DNA from: an uncultured Planctomycetaceae bacterium
Lineage (GTDB): Bacteria > Planctomycetota > Planctomycetia > Planctomycetales > Planctomycetaceae
Direction: 5' to 3'
Assembly (NCBI GenBank): GCA_963813715.1
Contig: CAWFAK010000012.1
Location: forward strand, 1 to 64,000
DNA: 64,000 bases
Shown: positions 21,547-33,308 of the stretch, one piece after another
Position numbering within the stretch: position 1 is the first letter of the stretch
How the letters are laid out: each line of letters begins with the position of its first letter
The notes under the pieces: generated by a model
What the model saw: only the letters and a program-made list of their open reading frames with translations
Databases searched by the model: none
Told to the model about the DNA's origin: nothing
Made by a program: the position numbers and the translations under genes

Positions 21547-24438
21547 TCACCGGCTCAGTTGCTTGACCTTGTTCATCCCGGAGACCAGCACGGTGATCTC
21601 CTCGTCGCTTAACCGCTGAGCGGTGGCGCGGAGCATCCAGGCGAAGTAGGACGTTTCCTGGGCCGTGTCGGGAATGCCGATGTTGCCCCGCGGGCTTGTT
21701 CCGCTGACGAGCGGCTTGCCCGTCTTGTCGAGGACGACCATCCAGGGGAGCGAGAAGTTGCCCCCGCTGGTGTCGCGGTACATGTCGTAGTCGCGGATGC
21801 GAGTGATGACCACGTCGGCATTGGGGCAGCGGGCATCGATCTTCAGACAGACGTAGTCCTTTTCCAACAGATCCTTGAACTGTGCGGCGTAGCGGTTGAG
21901 CCGGGCACCGTAGACGCCGTCCTGGGGCGCGTCCTCGCGGAGGAAGATCCGCTTGTTCTCCGCCTTGGCCTGCCGGAGCGCCTCGGCCAGCAACTTCTCG
22001 GCGTCGACCATTTTCGGCGCGTTGGCGTGCAACCAGGAAATCAGCGGCTGGACGTTTGGATTCTTGTCCGACAGCAGCTTTCGCCCGCTGATCTGGCCGA
22101 CGACGTTGCCATCGAGGTCGAGGGCGGCCAGCGTCATGTCGTCGCCCTCGGGCAAGGCCACTTTGTGCTGGCCGAGAAACGCGGCCGGCGCCCCGGGCTT
22201 GGCGACCTCGAGTCCGAACACCGAGTAATTGGAAAGCGGTGCCTGGAGCACGTTGTTGGCAGCCCACTTGGGAGCACTCGGCTCGTTGCTGCCGGTGGGG
22301 GACCAGTTGGTCGGAGACGAAACGGCCAACGTCGCGCGGATGGCGCGGACGATTGCGTTCTTTTGCGGGCCGGCGAGGAGCAGCACTCGCTGATCGCGCA
22401 GTCCGGGCGCCCTCGGTCGCCGACTCGAGCACTTTGGCGACTTGCTCCGCGGGGCTGTCAACCTTGAGGAAAACGTCTTCCAAAGTGGGCGTTCGCGGAC
22501 GCTTCACGTCGCCCAACTGAGTGACGCCGGTCGGTTTGGACGTGAACGTCGTAATGGTAATGAAGGGCTGTGTGGCACCGCCGACCTGCGTGCCCGGGCA
22601 GCACGAAATGCGGTACGTCAAACCGGGAGCCAAGCCGGGGAGCATGAACTCCCCGCTGTCGGCCGTCATGGTAAAGCCCCCCAGCAATCGTTTGAGGTCG
22701 GCCGTCTGCGACATGTGATATTCGTCGAGGAAGGCGCCGTCGACCACCAGGCAGTATTCCAGCGGCCACGGGCCGAGCGGTTCACCCTTCCAATTCAAAA
22801 GGCGGCCGCGGACGTTGACCGGCGACTGAACCGAAATCACCACGCTGGGCTCGTCGGGCTCGATCCGAGCCAGGCCGGAGAGCGTGCGCTCGCCGTTCTG
22901 CGCGAGTAACAACATGGCCGAGCGGATCCGCGGCACATGGAAGTGGCCCTGCTCGTCCGCGACGGCCGTCACGTAGGAGGCCTTCGGATTTTCGGGGATG
23001 CCGAGGATGCGGGCGCGGCCCAGCCCCTTTCCGTCGGATTTGAGCACGACGTTTCCGACGATCTCGCCGCTCTGCAAACGACCGCCGACGCGGCGACTGA
23101 TCGGACAGACCCCGCTTCCTCGGTGCGCGCCCATTCCGGAGCGAACGCCGCTGCGGCCCGCGTCGGCCAGCGTCTTGCCTCCCAGTCCTTCGTCGGCGGC
23201 GGCCACCGTGGTGAGCTCATGCGACAGTGGGCTGAGTGACGCGGCCGCGATGCAGACCAGGATGGCGGCGACTGCGGAAAGCCGGCCAACGAACACGCCG
23301 ACCGGCGAGCGCGGACGGCTCTTATCCAGGATCGCACGGACACGCCCTTCCAGCCCCGACAGGCTGGCCATCGCGATGGCCTCGGCCGGGACGGAGCGGG
23401 CCACCATTTCGCGGGCGAACCGCAGGAGAACGCTCGCATAATCGACCGGCTGATCGACGAGTCCCAGCACGCGGTCGTCGCAGGCGGCCTCGCGCTCGAC
23501 GCGCATCTTGCGGGCCGCCATCCACACCAGCGGATGGAACCAATAGAGCGCGCAGGCGATGCGGGCGGCAAACTGCCACGCCACGTCGCCGCGGACGACG
23601 TGGGAAACCTCGTGCGCCAGCACAGCCCGCAGCGGCAAGTCGCCCCAGCTCCGCCAGTGCATCGGCAAGAGCACGCAGGGCCGTTGCCAGCCGACGCACA
23701 AGGGCACCGGCGTCAACCGGCTTTGCCTCAGCTCGAGCGGACGGCGCCAACCCAGGCGACGGCAGACGTCGGCTGCCAGCGCGTTGGCCGCAGGGTCTTC
23801 GATCACCTGGGCCAGGCTGACGATCTTGCGAGCCGCGCCATGGCACGGGCCGACTTCCAAATCCCCCAGGCGGCCGGCACGATCAGCACGAAGAACCAAA
23901 ACGTGTTCGCGTCGATCCGCGACAAGAGGGGCGTTTGCGGGACGGTTGCCGTCACGACGGTCGGCTTGGACAAAGCGGGCGTCGAGTTCGAGGCGGCGCT
24001 ATTGCCGATGACCGGCGGGGCCGTTGCCGGCATTTGACGCGGCAGCGAGTCGCGGGACCGGGCCGGGGCCGGCACGAGCGGCACATTCGAGTCGGACTCT
24101 TGCGCCTCGAACACGCGCGGGTCGAATTCGATCCGCGGGCCAGCGGACGACGGCGACAAGTCGGCCAGTTTGAGCGATTCAGGAGCGATCAGATCGCGAG
24201 GAGCGGCCACGTTCATCCAGCCCAGCCGCACTTCGGGAGACCAAAGCAGCATGGCGGGCATCGCCAGCGACGCCGCCACGCTGAGCGCCCAGACGCGGTG
24301 TCGCAGGGCGGCCGATTTGCGCCGCAGCAACACGGTGATCACGGCGGCCGCCAGGCAGACTAGCGTGACGCTGAACACCAGTCGCAACAGCCACACGGGC
24401 AAATCGGGGGTCGTGGAAAAGAAAGCCTCTCGGATCAT
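21547..24438 (-). CDS. BlaR1-like M56 metallopeptidase with C-terminal beta-sandwich and thioredoxin-like regions; several frameshifts
   Basis: LRRKSAALRHRVW, AVLAHEVSH (HExxH), ALYWFHPLVW, EREAACDD. Confidence 0.88.
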
Positions 24439-24815
24439 GTCGTCCCCTCCGCGCTCTCGATCCGTCTCTTGATGCGATCCAAGTCTTCAGGCTCGAGTTG
24501 GCCCGCGCTGCCGTCGAGCAAGGCGGCGACCGCGTCGGCCGGTCGGCCGCTGAAAAAATTCTCCACCAGCTCCCGCAGGGCAGACCGCCGCACGGTCGTC
24601 TTGGGAGTCACCGCCCGGTAGAGGTAGCGTTTCCCCTCGTTGCGATGCGAAACGAGGTTTTTGGCCGCCAAGAGACCGAGGGTCGCGCGGACGGCCGAAT
24701 AGCTTGGCGGATCGGGCAGCGCTCGCCGCACGTCGGCGACCGACGCTTCGCCCAGTCGATAAACCGCCTCGACAATTTGCCGCTCGCGCCGCCCCAAGTG
24801 GTGCGAATCGACCAC
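24435..24815 (-). CDS. BlaI/MecI/CopY-family repressor
   Basis: LGRRERQIVEAVY, PPSYSAVRATL, GKRYLY, LVENFFSG; overlaps the M56 start codon. Confidence 0.92.
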   Translation of the reverse strand: MVDSHHLGRRERQIVEAVYRLGEASVADVRRALPDPPSYSAVRATLGLLAAKNLVSHRNEGKRYLYRAVTPKTTVRRSALRELVENFFSGRPADAVAALLDGSAGQLEPEDLDRIKRRIESAEGTT

Positions 24816-24944
24816 GTCCCGACTCTTTATGACTGAAACCGACAAATCACTGGGGCCGACAAACCGAACGTGCCCGCGAGTCGGATGTGGCCGAAAGCTC
24901 TTTGGCGCCAATCGCCCCGCACGTTGCCGCCGCCCAGCGGCTAC

Positions 24945-24980
24945 GTGCTAACTGCTCAGCACGTGCTATCTTACTAGCAC
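24945..24980. promoter_or_regulatory. Two abutting 18-bp palindromes, probable BlaI operators
   Basis: gtgcta-actgct-cagcac (24945-24962) and gtgcta-tcttac-tagcac (24963-24980). Confidence 0.7.
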
Positions 24981-25141
24981 CTCAAGTGAATGTCCAAAGA
25001 AACCTGGCCACTAATCAAACCCCACTGCCGCCGCAAGGTTCCGCGCCGGGGTAAAAGATTCGCACCACCGAAATTACTCGCGCGGCGAGTGGATCCACGC
25101 TCCGGGTCGCGCACGGTGATGGCCCCACTTGCGGCAGAAAG

Positions 25142-27159
25142 CTATTGGGCGATTAGCTTTAGGAACTCGTCTTCGGTGATCACCGGGACCTTAAGCTTCT
25201 GCGCCTTCTCGAGCTTGGTCCCGGCGTCTTCCCCGGCGATGAGGTAGTCGGTCTTCTTCGAGACGCTGCCGGCCGCTTTGCCGCCGTGTTCCTTGATGAG
25301 GTTGGTGATTTCGTCCCGCGTGTAGCGGGCTAGCGTTCCCGTGACGACGAGCGTTTTGCCCGTCAGCGGCCCTTCTTTTTTGCGCGAGTCGAGGGGTCAA
25401 CGGGATGGCCGAAATTGAGTCCCAGCTCCCGCAGCTCCCCGACGATCTGCTTGCCGATCGCCGAGCTGAAGAACGAATGCACGGACTGGGCGATCACCGG
25501 TCCGATGTCCGGCACCTCGGAGAGCGCCTCTTCCGACTGTTGCATGATCTCGTCGAGCAGCCCGAAATGCTCGGCCAGCACCTGGGCGTTACGGCTGCCG
25601 ACGTGGCGGACGTTGAGCCCGACCAAAAGCCGCCATAACGGCTGCTTCCGCGACTTTTCGATCCCCTCGAGCAGGTTGTCGACCGACTTTTCGCCCATCC
25701 GCTCCAGCTCCAAGAGCTCGTCGCGGCGATCCTTAAGGCGGTACAAATCGGGAATGCCGCGGACGAGCCCCGTCGTCGTCAGCTGCTGGACCAGCTTGTC
25801 GCCCAGCCCCTCGATGTCCATGGCGCCGCGCGACGCATAGTTGTGCAGCGTCTCGCGGAGGCGGCCCGGGCAATCGGGATTGGGACAGCGAATGTAGACA
25901 CCGTCTTCGTCACGCACGACGGGCGTTTTGCATTCGGGGCAGTGCTTGGGAAAGTGGAACGGCCGCTGGGTGCCGTCACGGCGATGCAGTTCCACGCGGA
26001 CCACGTGCGGGATCACCTTGCCTGCCTTCTCGACGACGACCCAATCGCCCTTCATGATGCCCAGCCGCTCGATCTCGTCGGCGTTGTGCAGGCTGGAGAG
26101 CGTGATGGTGCTGCCGGCAATAAGCACCGGCTTAAACACCGCGAACGGCGTGAGCGTGCCCGTCTTGCCGACGTGGACGTCGATATCCTCGACCAGCGTC
26201 GTCGCCTCGTACTTCTCCCACTTGTAGGCGACGAGCCAGCGCGGGGCCTTGCTCGTGCGACCCATGCGGGCCCGCTGGGCGAAATCGTTCACCTTGAGGA
26301 CGATGCCGTCGACCTCGAAGTCGAGCGTGTGGACTTCCTTGGCCATTTCGTTGGCCGCGTCGCGGGCCTTCTCGATGCCCGCGCAGAACTGCACGTTCGG
26401 CGTGCTGGGAATGTCCCAGTCGCGAATCGATTGCAGGAATTCGCGGTGCGTCTTGAATTCAACCCCCTCGACGACCCCCGTGCCGTGAGCAAAGAACCGC
26501 AGCTTGCGCTCGGCTGCCAACTTGGGATCGAGCAGCTTGAGGCCGCCGGCCGCCGTGTTCCGCGGATTGGCGAACGCTTCATGCCCCTTGCCGGTCCGCT
26601 CGGCCACGAGCCTGGCGAAGTCGCTGTTGGAGATGTAGGCCTCGCCGCGGACTTCGAGCACGGCCGGGGGTTTCTTCGTCCGCAGCCGTAGCGGCAGTCC
26701 GCGAATCGTGCGGGCGTTGTTGGTGATCTCGTCGCCGCGCGTGCCGTCGCCCCGCGTGACCGCCTGTGTGAGCACGCCGTTTTCGTAGGTGACGGCTATC
26801 GCCACGCCGTCGATCTTGTACTCGACCGCGTACTCGATCGGCTCGCCGTTGACGAGTTTGCGAATTCGCGCGTCGAACTCGTCGAGCGCCGCCTCGTCAT
26901 AAACGTTGTCGATCGAGAGCATCGGCACCTTGTGCTCGACGGTCTCAAAGCCCTCGACCGGCGTGCCGCCGACCTGTTTCGAGGGACTGTCGGGCGCATC
27001 GAACTCGGGGTGCTCTGCCTCGAGCTTCACCAGCCGGGCCATCAGCCGGTCGTACTCGAGGTCGGTGATCTCCGGCTTGGCTTCGACGAAATAAAGCCGA
27101 TTGTGTCGCCGCAATTCGTCGCGCAGCTTTTCGATTTCGGCTTTGACCGAGGTGGCCAT
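25142..27159 (-). CDS. ligA: NAD-dependent DNA ligase; BRCT domain offset by a frameshift near 25370
   Basis: EYKIDG, TRGDG, EVRGE, ANPRN, CPEC; BRCT segment [10 protein letters not shown] in the adjacent frame. Confidence 0.97.
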
Positions 27160-27192
27160 CGGGCGTCTTCCCGAAGTGCGACAGGAAAGGGA

Positions 27193-27622
27193 TCAGGGTT
27201 GTTCGAATGGAGGCGTCGGATACGGTTCTGAGACGTGATCGGCAGCGGGCCCCGAGGGAGGTCCTTCACCGGCCAAAGCCACAGAATGCTCCCTGGCCGC
27301 GGCCCGCGCCGACGCCAACAGCGCGGCTTCTTGTTCCATCAGGCGTCGCCGCGATTCCCGCCGCTCGACGAACAACACAATTATGGCGGCAACCAGGATA
27401 GCGACAACTTCGATGCCCAACATCAGCACGCCGTGCTGATCGAAGAACCGGCCCAACAGCCCCCCGTTGGGATTCGAGCGCGGTCGTCAGCATCAGGAAC
27501 ACGGTCATCACGAACAGGCCGCAGGTCGTTAACAACATGTCAGTCCAGCGGCTGCGGCGACGTGGCAGCGTGCTCTGACTGGTCGAATCCATGCCGGTCG
27601 AATTCATGCTCGTCGAATTCAT
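27193..27622 (-). CDS. Small membrane protein, hypothetical; frameshift near 27470
   Basis: Two hydrophobic segments in consecutive ORFs filling the gap between gmd and ligA. Confidence 0.6.
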
Positions 27623-27624
27623 GC

Positions 27625-28587
27625 TCAGTCGGCTTCCCCACGTGCCCGCTCGAGGTCGTGCTCGGCCATCATCCGCGCCAGTTCGCTGAAGCTCACGCGG
27701 GGCTGCCAGCCGAGCAAACGCCGCGCCTTCGCCGCGTCGCCGCGCACGCAGGCAATGTCGGTCGGCCGCAAAAAGGCAGCCGCCGTTGTCACGTGGGCGG
27801 TCCAGTCGAGACCCAGATGGCGAAACACCTCTTCGCCGAACTCGCGGACCGAGTGCGTTTCACCCGTGGCGATCACGAAGTCGTCGGGCCGGTCCTGCTG
27901 TAGCATCAGCCACATCGCCTCAACATAGTCGCCGGCAAAGCCCCAGTCGCGAAGGACGTCGACGTTGCCCAGCACCAGGCGATCTTCTCGTCCCAATTTG
28001 ATGCGGGCGGCGGTCGCCGTGATCTTCCGCGTGACGAAATGCTCGGGCCGGCGTGGCGATTCGTGATTGAACAGGATGCCGCAGCAGGCGAACAGGCCGA
28101 ACGCCTCGCGAAAATTGATCGTCTGCAGATGAGCGAGCACCTTCGAACAGGCATACGGGCTGCGGGGATGAAAGGGGGTCAGTTCGTTGTGCGGCGTGTC
28201 CCCGGCCGTGCCGAACATCTCGCTGGTCGAAGCCTGGTAGAACCGGGGCTCACGGCCGAGCCGGTCGCGATGCCGACGCACCGATTCCAGCAGCCGGATC
28301 GCCCCGACGCCGTTGGCCAGCGCAAACTCGACCGGATCGTCGAACGACGCGGCCACCTGGCTTAGTCCCGCCAGGTTGTAGACTTCGTCGGGCCGCAGCT
28401 GGTCGAGCAGGTCGTCGACCGGCTGCCGCGCCAGGTCGAGCTCGAAAGCCCGCGTGCAGAGACCCGGCTCCGGCCGCTTGCCCGGCCGGTCGACGCCGTA
28501 GATCTCGTAACCCTTCGGACGCAGGAGCTGCGCCAGGTAATACCCGTCCTGCCCGGCGATTCCGGTGATCAACGCGACCCTGGCCAC
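27625..28587 (-). CDS. gmd: GDP-mannose 4,6-dehydratase
   Basis: ALITGIAGQDG, FYQASTSEMFG, PRSPYACSK, LFNHESPRR, RDWG. Confidence 0.93.
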   Translation of the reverse strand: MARVALITGIAGQDGYYLAQLLRPKGYEIYGVDRPGKRPEPGLCTRAFELDLARQPVDDLLDQLRPDEVYNLAGLSQVAASFDDPVEFALANGVGAIRLLESVRRHRDRLGREPRFYQASTSEMFGTAGDTPHNELTPFHPRSPYACSKVLAHLQTINFREAFGLFACCGILFNHESPRRPEHFVTRKITATAARIKLGREDRLVLGNVDVLRDWGFAGDYVEAMWLMLQQDRPDDFVIATGETHSVREFGEEVFRHLGLDWTAHVTTAAAFLRPTDIACVRGDAAKARRLLGWQPRVSFSELARMMAEHDLERARGEAD

Positions 28588-28707
28588 GCGTTCCCAGTCC
28601 GGCGAAGATAAGGCTTGCCACAATCGAGGTGTCGACGCGAAAAAGAACCGGCGGGCTGACACCCGCCGCTCGCCGATTTCACGCCCTCAATTTTAGCAGG
28701 CTTCGGG

Positions 28708-30612
28708 GTGCCGGAAACTCAAGTGCAGCTCTCCCCGACCGCGCGTCGCCGCGGGTGGCTCTTTCTCGCTGCGCAGGTGGCTGCCGTCGCGCTCGGACTG
28801 GCACTGACCGTTCCGACTGAGCTCGAACGCTGGCGGATCGCCCGGCTCGATCGGGCCGGTGTCGTCGCCTGGCTCTTCGAGTTCCATCTCGACACCACGC
28901 TGCCGTTCCTGTTGCTGGTGATCGCGCCCCTGTGCTGGATGGTGCGAAGGCGACCAGGTACGAGCGCAACCTCGACTCCGACCGAAGCGGCCCCGGGGAC
29001 CGACTGGGCCGCCTGGGCGCTGGCACTCGTCTGCTTTGTCACGTCGCTCGGCGCAAGCGCCTGGGTGGCTTCGCGCGACGTCGGCGAAGGAGCGCTCCGA
29101 TCGCGCTTCGGCGACTTGCCACCCGCCTATCACGACGAGTTCAGCTACTTGCTGCAGGCCAAAACGTTTCTGGCCGGTCGGCTCTCGTACCCCAGCAATC
29201 CGCAACTACCGGAACTGTTCGACCAAATGCACGTGGTCAACGAGGGACGTTTTGCCAGCCGTTATTTTCCCGGCGTCGGCGCGTGGATCGCTCCCTTTCT
29301 CGAAGTGGGACACCCGTACTGGGCTCAGTGGCTGGGGGGCGCGCTGGCGGCCTTCTTCACGTTCTGGGCAGGCTGCGAGCTGGCCGGCAACCGGATCGGG
29401 CTCTTCGCCGGGTTGCTGACCGCTGCTTCGCCGGGCATCGCGCTCTTCGACAATTTGCTCTTGTCCCACGCGCCGACGCTCGCCGCGCTCATGCTCTTCT
29501 TGTTCGCATTCCTGCGGTTCACGAGGACAGGTCGCGCCTCAGACGCTCTTTGGGCCGGATGCGGGCTGAGCTTTGCCATGCTCTGCCGGCCGATGACGGC
29601 GGCCGGCTTCGCACTTCCTTTCGGCATCTGGATGTTGGCTCGACTGGGCCGCGCTCTGCATCCTTCGGCGACTGCCGACGGCCGCCACCACCTCCGCAGC
29701 ACGCTCTGCCTGGCGGGGCCGCTGGTTGTGGGACTCGCCCTGCTTTTCTTCTATAACCGGGCGATTACCGGTAGCGGCTTGTTGTCTCCCTATCAGCTCT
29801 ACACCGACACATACACGCCACGCCACGTTTACGGGTTCAACAACGTGGTCCGGGGCCAAGCGCACGTCGGGCCGCGGGTGATCGACAACTACGATCGCTG
29901 GGCCAAAAACCTCGATCCGCAATTGGCCCTCGCGAACGAAGTCGAGCGGCTGGAGGCTAGCGCCCGCTGGACGCTGGGCGTCGTGCCGATCGCGCTGGCT
30001 GCCGTGATCTTTTTGATCGCCGTCTGCTGGACGGCCGAGCTGCGCTGGAAGCTGGTAGCCGCCTCGGTCCTGTCGCTGCACGCCGTGCATGTGCCGTACT
30101 GGTTCGTCGGAATCATGGGCTGGCACTACGTCTTCGAGTCGGCCCCGCTCTTGCTCTTACTGTTCGCGCTCACCACCCGCGAACTGTTCGCCCATTGGCG
30201 GACAACCGGCCGCTTCGTGATGCCCGCCTGGTGGGGAATCCTGGTCGCGTCGGCCGTGATCACCAACTGGGTGGCGTTCGACCCGTTCTGGTCGACCTCC
30301 CGGATCGAGAGCGGCATCGAAGAAGTCGCCTTCTCGCGACTGAAATACGAGGCCTTTCAAGAGGTCATCGATCGCGGCATCAGGCCGCGGCCGGTGCTGG
30401 TATTAATTAAGGGCGATCCGGACGATCGAAGCATCGACTACGTTTATAACGATCCCGATTTGAGCGGCCCCGTTCTGCGCGGACGCTATCGCCAGGGCCA
30501 GACGAATCTGGCACGAATAAGGGCGGCCTTCCCCGATCGGTCGATCTTTTTCTTCGACGTTAAGCAAAACTCGCTGGGGGACGTGACTCACGCGCTCGAT
30601 CGCCCTCAGTAG
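28708..30612 (+). CDS. Polytopic membrane protein, GT-C (ArnT/PMT-like) glycosyltransferase
   Basis: HDEFSYLLQAKTF motif after the first TM helices; many hydrophobic helices; divergent from gmd. Confidence 0.65.
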   Translation: MPETQVQLSPTARRRGWLFLAAQVAAVALGLALTVPTELERWRIARLDRAGVVAWLFEFHLDTTLPFLLLVIAPLCWMVRRRPGTSATSTPTEAAPGTDWAAWALALVCFVTSLGASAWVASRDVGEGALRSRFGDLPPAYHDEFSYLLQAKTFLAGRLSYPSNPQLPELFDQMHVVNEGRFASRYFPGVGAWIAPFLEVGHPYWAQWLGGALAAFFTFWAGCELAGNRIGLFAGLLTAASPGIALFDNLLLSHAPTLAALMLFLFAFLRFTRTGRASDALWAGCGLSFAMLCRPMTAAGFALPFGIWMLARLGRALHPSATADGRHHLRSTLCLAGPLVVGLALLFFYNRAITGSGLLSPYQLYTDTYTPRHVYGFNNVVRGQAHVGPRVIDNYDRWAKNLDPQLALANEVERLEASARWTLGVVPIALAAVIFLIAVCWTAELRWKLVAASVLSLHAVHVPYWFVGIMGWHYVFESAPLLLLLFALTTRELFAHWRTTGRFVMPAWWGILVASAVITNWVAFDPFWSTSRIESGIEEVAFSRLKYEAFQEVIDRGIRPRPVLVLIKGDPDDRSIDYVYNDPDLSGPVLRGRYRQGQTNLARIRAAFPDRSIFFFDVKQNSLGDVTHALDRPQ

Positions 30613-30650
30613 GGCTGGCCGTTCACCCCTCGCAACAGTGCAAGCTACTG

Positions 30651-30683
30651 AAGACACTGGCGGACAAGCCGCCAGTGCCACCC
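30651..30683. repeat. REP family A copy
   Basis: aagacactggcggacaagccgccagtgccaccc; the core is identical to 6339-6367. Confidence 0.85.
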
Positions 30684-30726
30684 CAACCCACCATGTTGCG
30701 CTGGACGAAGCACTACAAACGAGGAC

Positions 30727-32837
30727 CTACTCCTCTTCCTCCTCGTGCTTCTGCGCCGCGTTGACGATCTTTTGTTGCTCGTTGGGGGGAACGACGTCGT
30801 AGTGGCTGAACTCGAGCGTAAAGGAGCCTTGGCCGCCGGTCATGCTCGAGAGGGAGCGGGCGTAGGTCATCATTTCCGAGAGCGGCGCCTTCGCGCGGAT
30901 CACTTGGAAACCGCCCGGGGCGTTGTCCATGCCTTCGACGCGGCCGCGGCGGCCGTTGAGGTCGCTGGTGATGTCCCCCAGCTTGTCCGCCGGCACGGTG
31001 ATTTCGGCCGTGACGATCGGCTCCAGGAGAGACGGCTTCGCCTCACGGAAGATGTTGCGGAAGCACATGCTGCCGGCCGTGCGGAAGGCCGTTTCGTTGC
31101 TATCGACCGGGTGGTCCTTGCCGAAAAAGAGCTCCGTCGCCACGTCCTGCACCTGGAAGCCGGCAATCACCCCTTTATCCATTCGCTCCTTCACCCCCTT
31201 TTCAACGGCAGGAATGAAGTTGTTGGGAACGGAGCCGCCGCTGACGCGATCGATGAAAGCCGAGTTGAGCGCGGGGTCGTAGTGGAACGACCGCATATTC
31301 AAGAAGCGCTCTTTCGTAAAATACTCCTCCGGTTTGATGCCGTGGGGAACGGCCGAGATGCGGAAGTGAACCTCGGCGAACTGCCCGGAGCCACCCGACT
31401 GCTTCTTATGCCGGTAGAAGCCTTCGGCGTGCCCCGCAACCGTTTCGCGATAGGGAATCTTGGGCGCGTGCGAGATCATCTCCACCTTGTCCCGCTTGTG
31501 CACGCGCTCCTTCATCATCTGCAGGTGCAGCTCGCTCATGCCATGGATGACCAATTCATGGGTCTGAGTTTCGCGAGTGATCGTGAAGGTCTGGTCTTCT
31601 TCGGCGATCTTCTGCAGCGCCCTGAAATCTTCTGCTGGTCGGCCCGGCTCTTCGGTTCGACCGCCAGTCCGATCATCGGCGTGGGGAACTTGAGCGGCGG
31701 CAGCGTGAAGGTGTGCGCGTCCTTGGTGATCGTGTCGCCGACCGCCAGGTCTTCGACCTTCACCACGACGACGATGTCGCCGGCCGTCGCCTCGTCCAGG
31801 TTCACATGCTGGTGCCCCTGCATCTCGAGCAGCTGCGGCACCTTGATCGCCTTGGCCCCATGCGCGTGGACCGACATGTCTTTTTTCAGCGTCCCCGAGA
31901 AGAGGCGGATGAAGCTCATGCGGGCGACGAACGGGTCGATGCGGGTCTTGAAGACCTCGGCCACCAACGGACCGTTGGGGTCGGGCGTGAGCGTGACTTC
32001 CTGACCGGCGGCGTTGGTCGCCTTTCGCGGCAGCTCGACCGGCGAGAGAGCGTATTCAGCCAGCGCGTCCATCAGCTCCGGAACGCCGACGCCAGATTTG
32101 AAGCTGGTGAAAAACACGGGGATCAGCGTTCCGGCCGCGACGGCTTTTGACAGCCCGCTGGAAATCTCCTGCGGCGTGAGCTGCTCCCCTTCGAGGTAGC
32201 GCTCCATTAGCGACTCGTCCGCCTCGACGATGGCGTCCATCATCGGCTGGTTCCATTCCTTCGGATCGGCGACGGCGCCGGCCGGCACGCTGGCGGGAAC
32301 GTTGAGCGTGCTGACCACGGCGCTAAAGCCCGAGCCCAGGCCGACGGGCAGATTCATCGGCACGCAGGCGGTGCCGAAGGTTTCCTGGAGCGAGTCGAGA
32401 ATCCGCTCGAAGTTGAGGTTATCGAGATCGCACTTGTTCACGACGACCATCCGGCCGAGCCCCTCTTGCCCGGCCAGATTGAACGTCCGCCGCGTGTTGA
32501 CTTCGATGCCCGCCGAGGCACTGAGGACCACGACCGCCGTCTCGACGGCCCGCAGCGCGCCGATCGCCTGGCCGATGAAGTCGGGATAGCCGGGCGTGTC
32601 GATGACGTTGATGTATTTCCCGGCGTGGGAGAAATGGACGACCGTCGATGTGATCGAATGCTTGTGGTGCTTGGCCTCTTCATCGGTGTCGAGCAGGCTC
32701 GAGCCGTCATCGACTGACCCGGCCCGCGTGGCAGCCCCCGATTTGAACAACAGCAGGTCGGCCAGCGTCGTCTTTCCGACAGCCCCGTGACCGATCAATG
32801 CCACGTTGCGGATGTCCGCGGCTTGGTGTTTGGCCAT
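30727..32837 (-). CDS. fusA: Elongation factor G-like protein (EF-G2); frameshift near 31625
   Basis: GHGAVGKT, DTPGYPDF, NKCD, HKKQSGGSGQF, HPVDS, LLEPI. The divergent switch I (HKHSIT) indicates the EF-G II paralog, not canonical EF-G. Confidence 0.9.
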
Positions 32838-33308
32838 AAGCGCTTGATTCCTGGCTGATGTGAGGTCCACGACGGACAAAAAATAAAGACTCTGCGAAGG
32901 GACAGAGCCGCAATCTTAACAGTGCCCCAACAGCCACTCAAAGCGTGCGCTTTCCGGAAAGTTTTGAATTTCAGCGGCCCCCAGCGGGCGCCGTCGCAGC
33001 CTGTCGCGCTGCCCCGCGCGGGGAGAACGCAATTTGCAGATCTTGCGCGTGTGTGGCGGAGGTCGACAAAGGTTGAGGAGATTCGACGAAATGAGTTCAG
33101 ACAACAGCGAACTCCGGCCACGCGACTGCGAGCAAGAACCCGCAGACAAAAAGACGTAGACCGAAACACGAAGACAAAAAGGTACCGCTTACTGCGTGCG
33201 CGGCTCTTAAGAGTCTGAACCGGCGCTTAAAAACCCCCAGGGGGCGGGGTACAATGCAGGGTTGACGATCCTGCCTGCCCATTCGCCCTCGAGAGGGGTC
33301 CCGCCCGC

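Noticed and set aside
27590..27625. 15-bp tandem repeat at the start of the small membrane gene (MNSTS-MNSTG-MDSTS)
   Set aside because: A short in-frame slippage repeat with no evidence of function.
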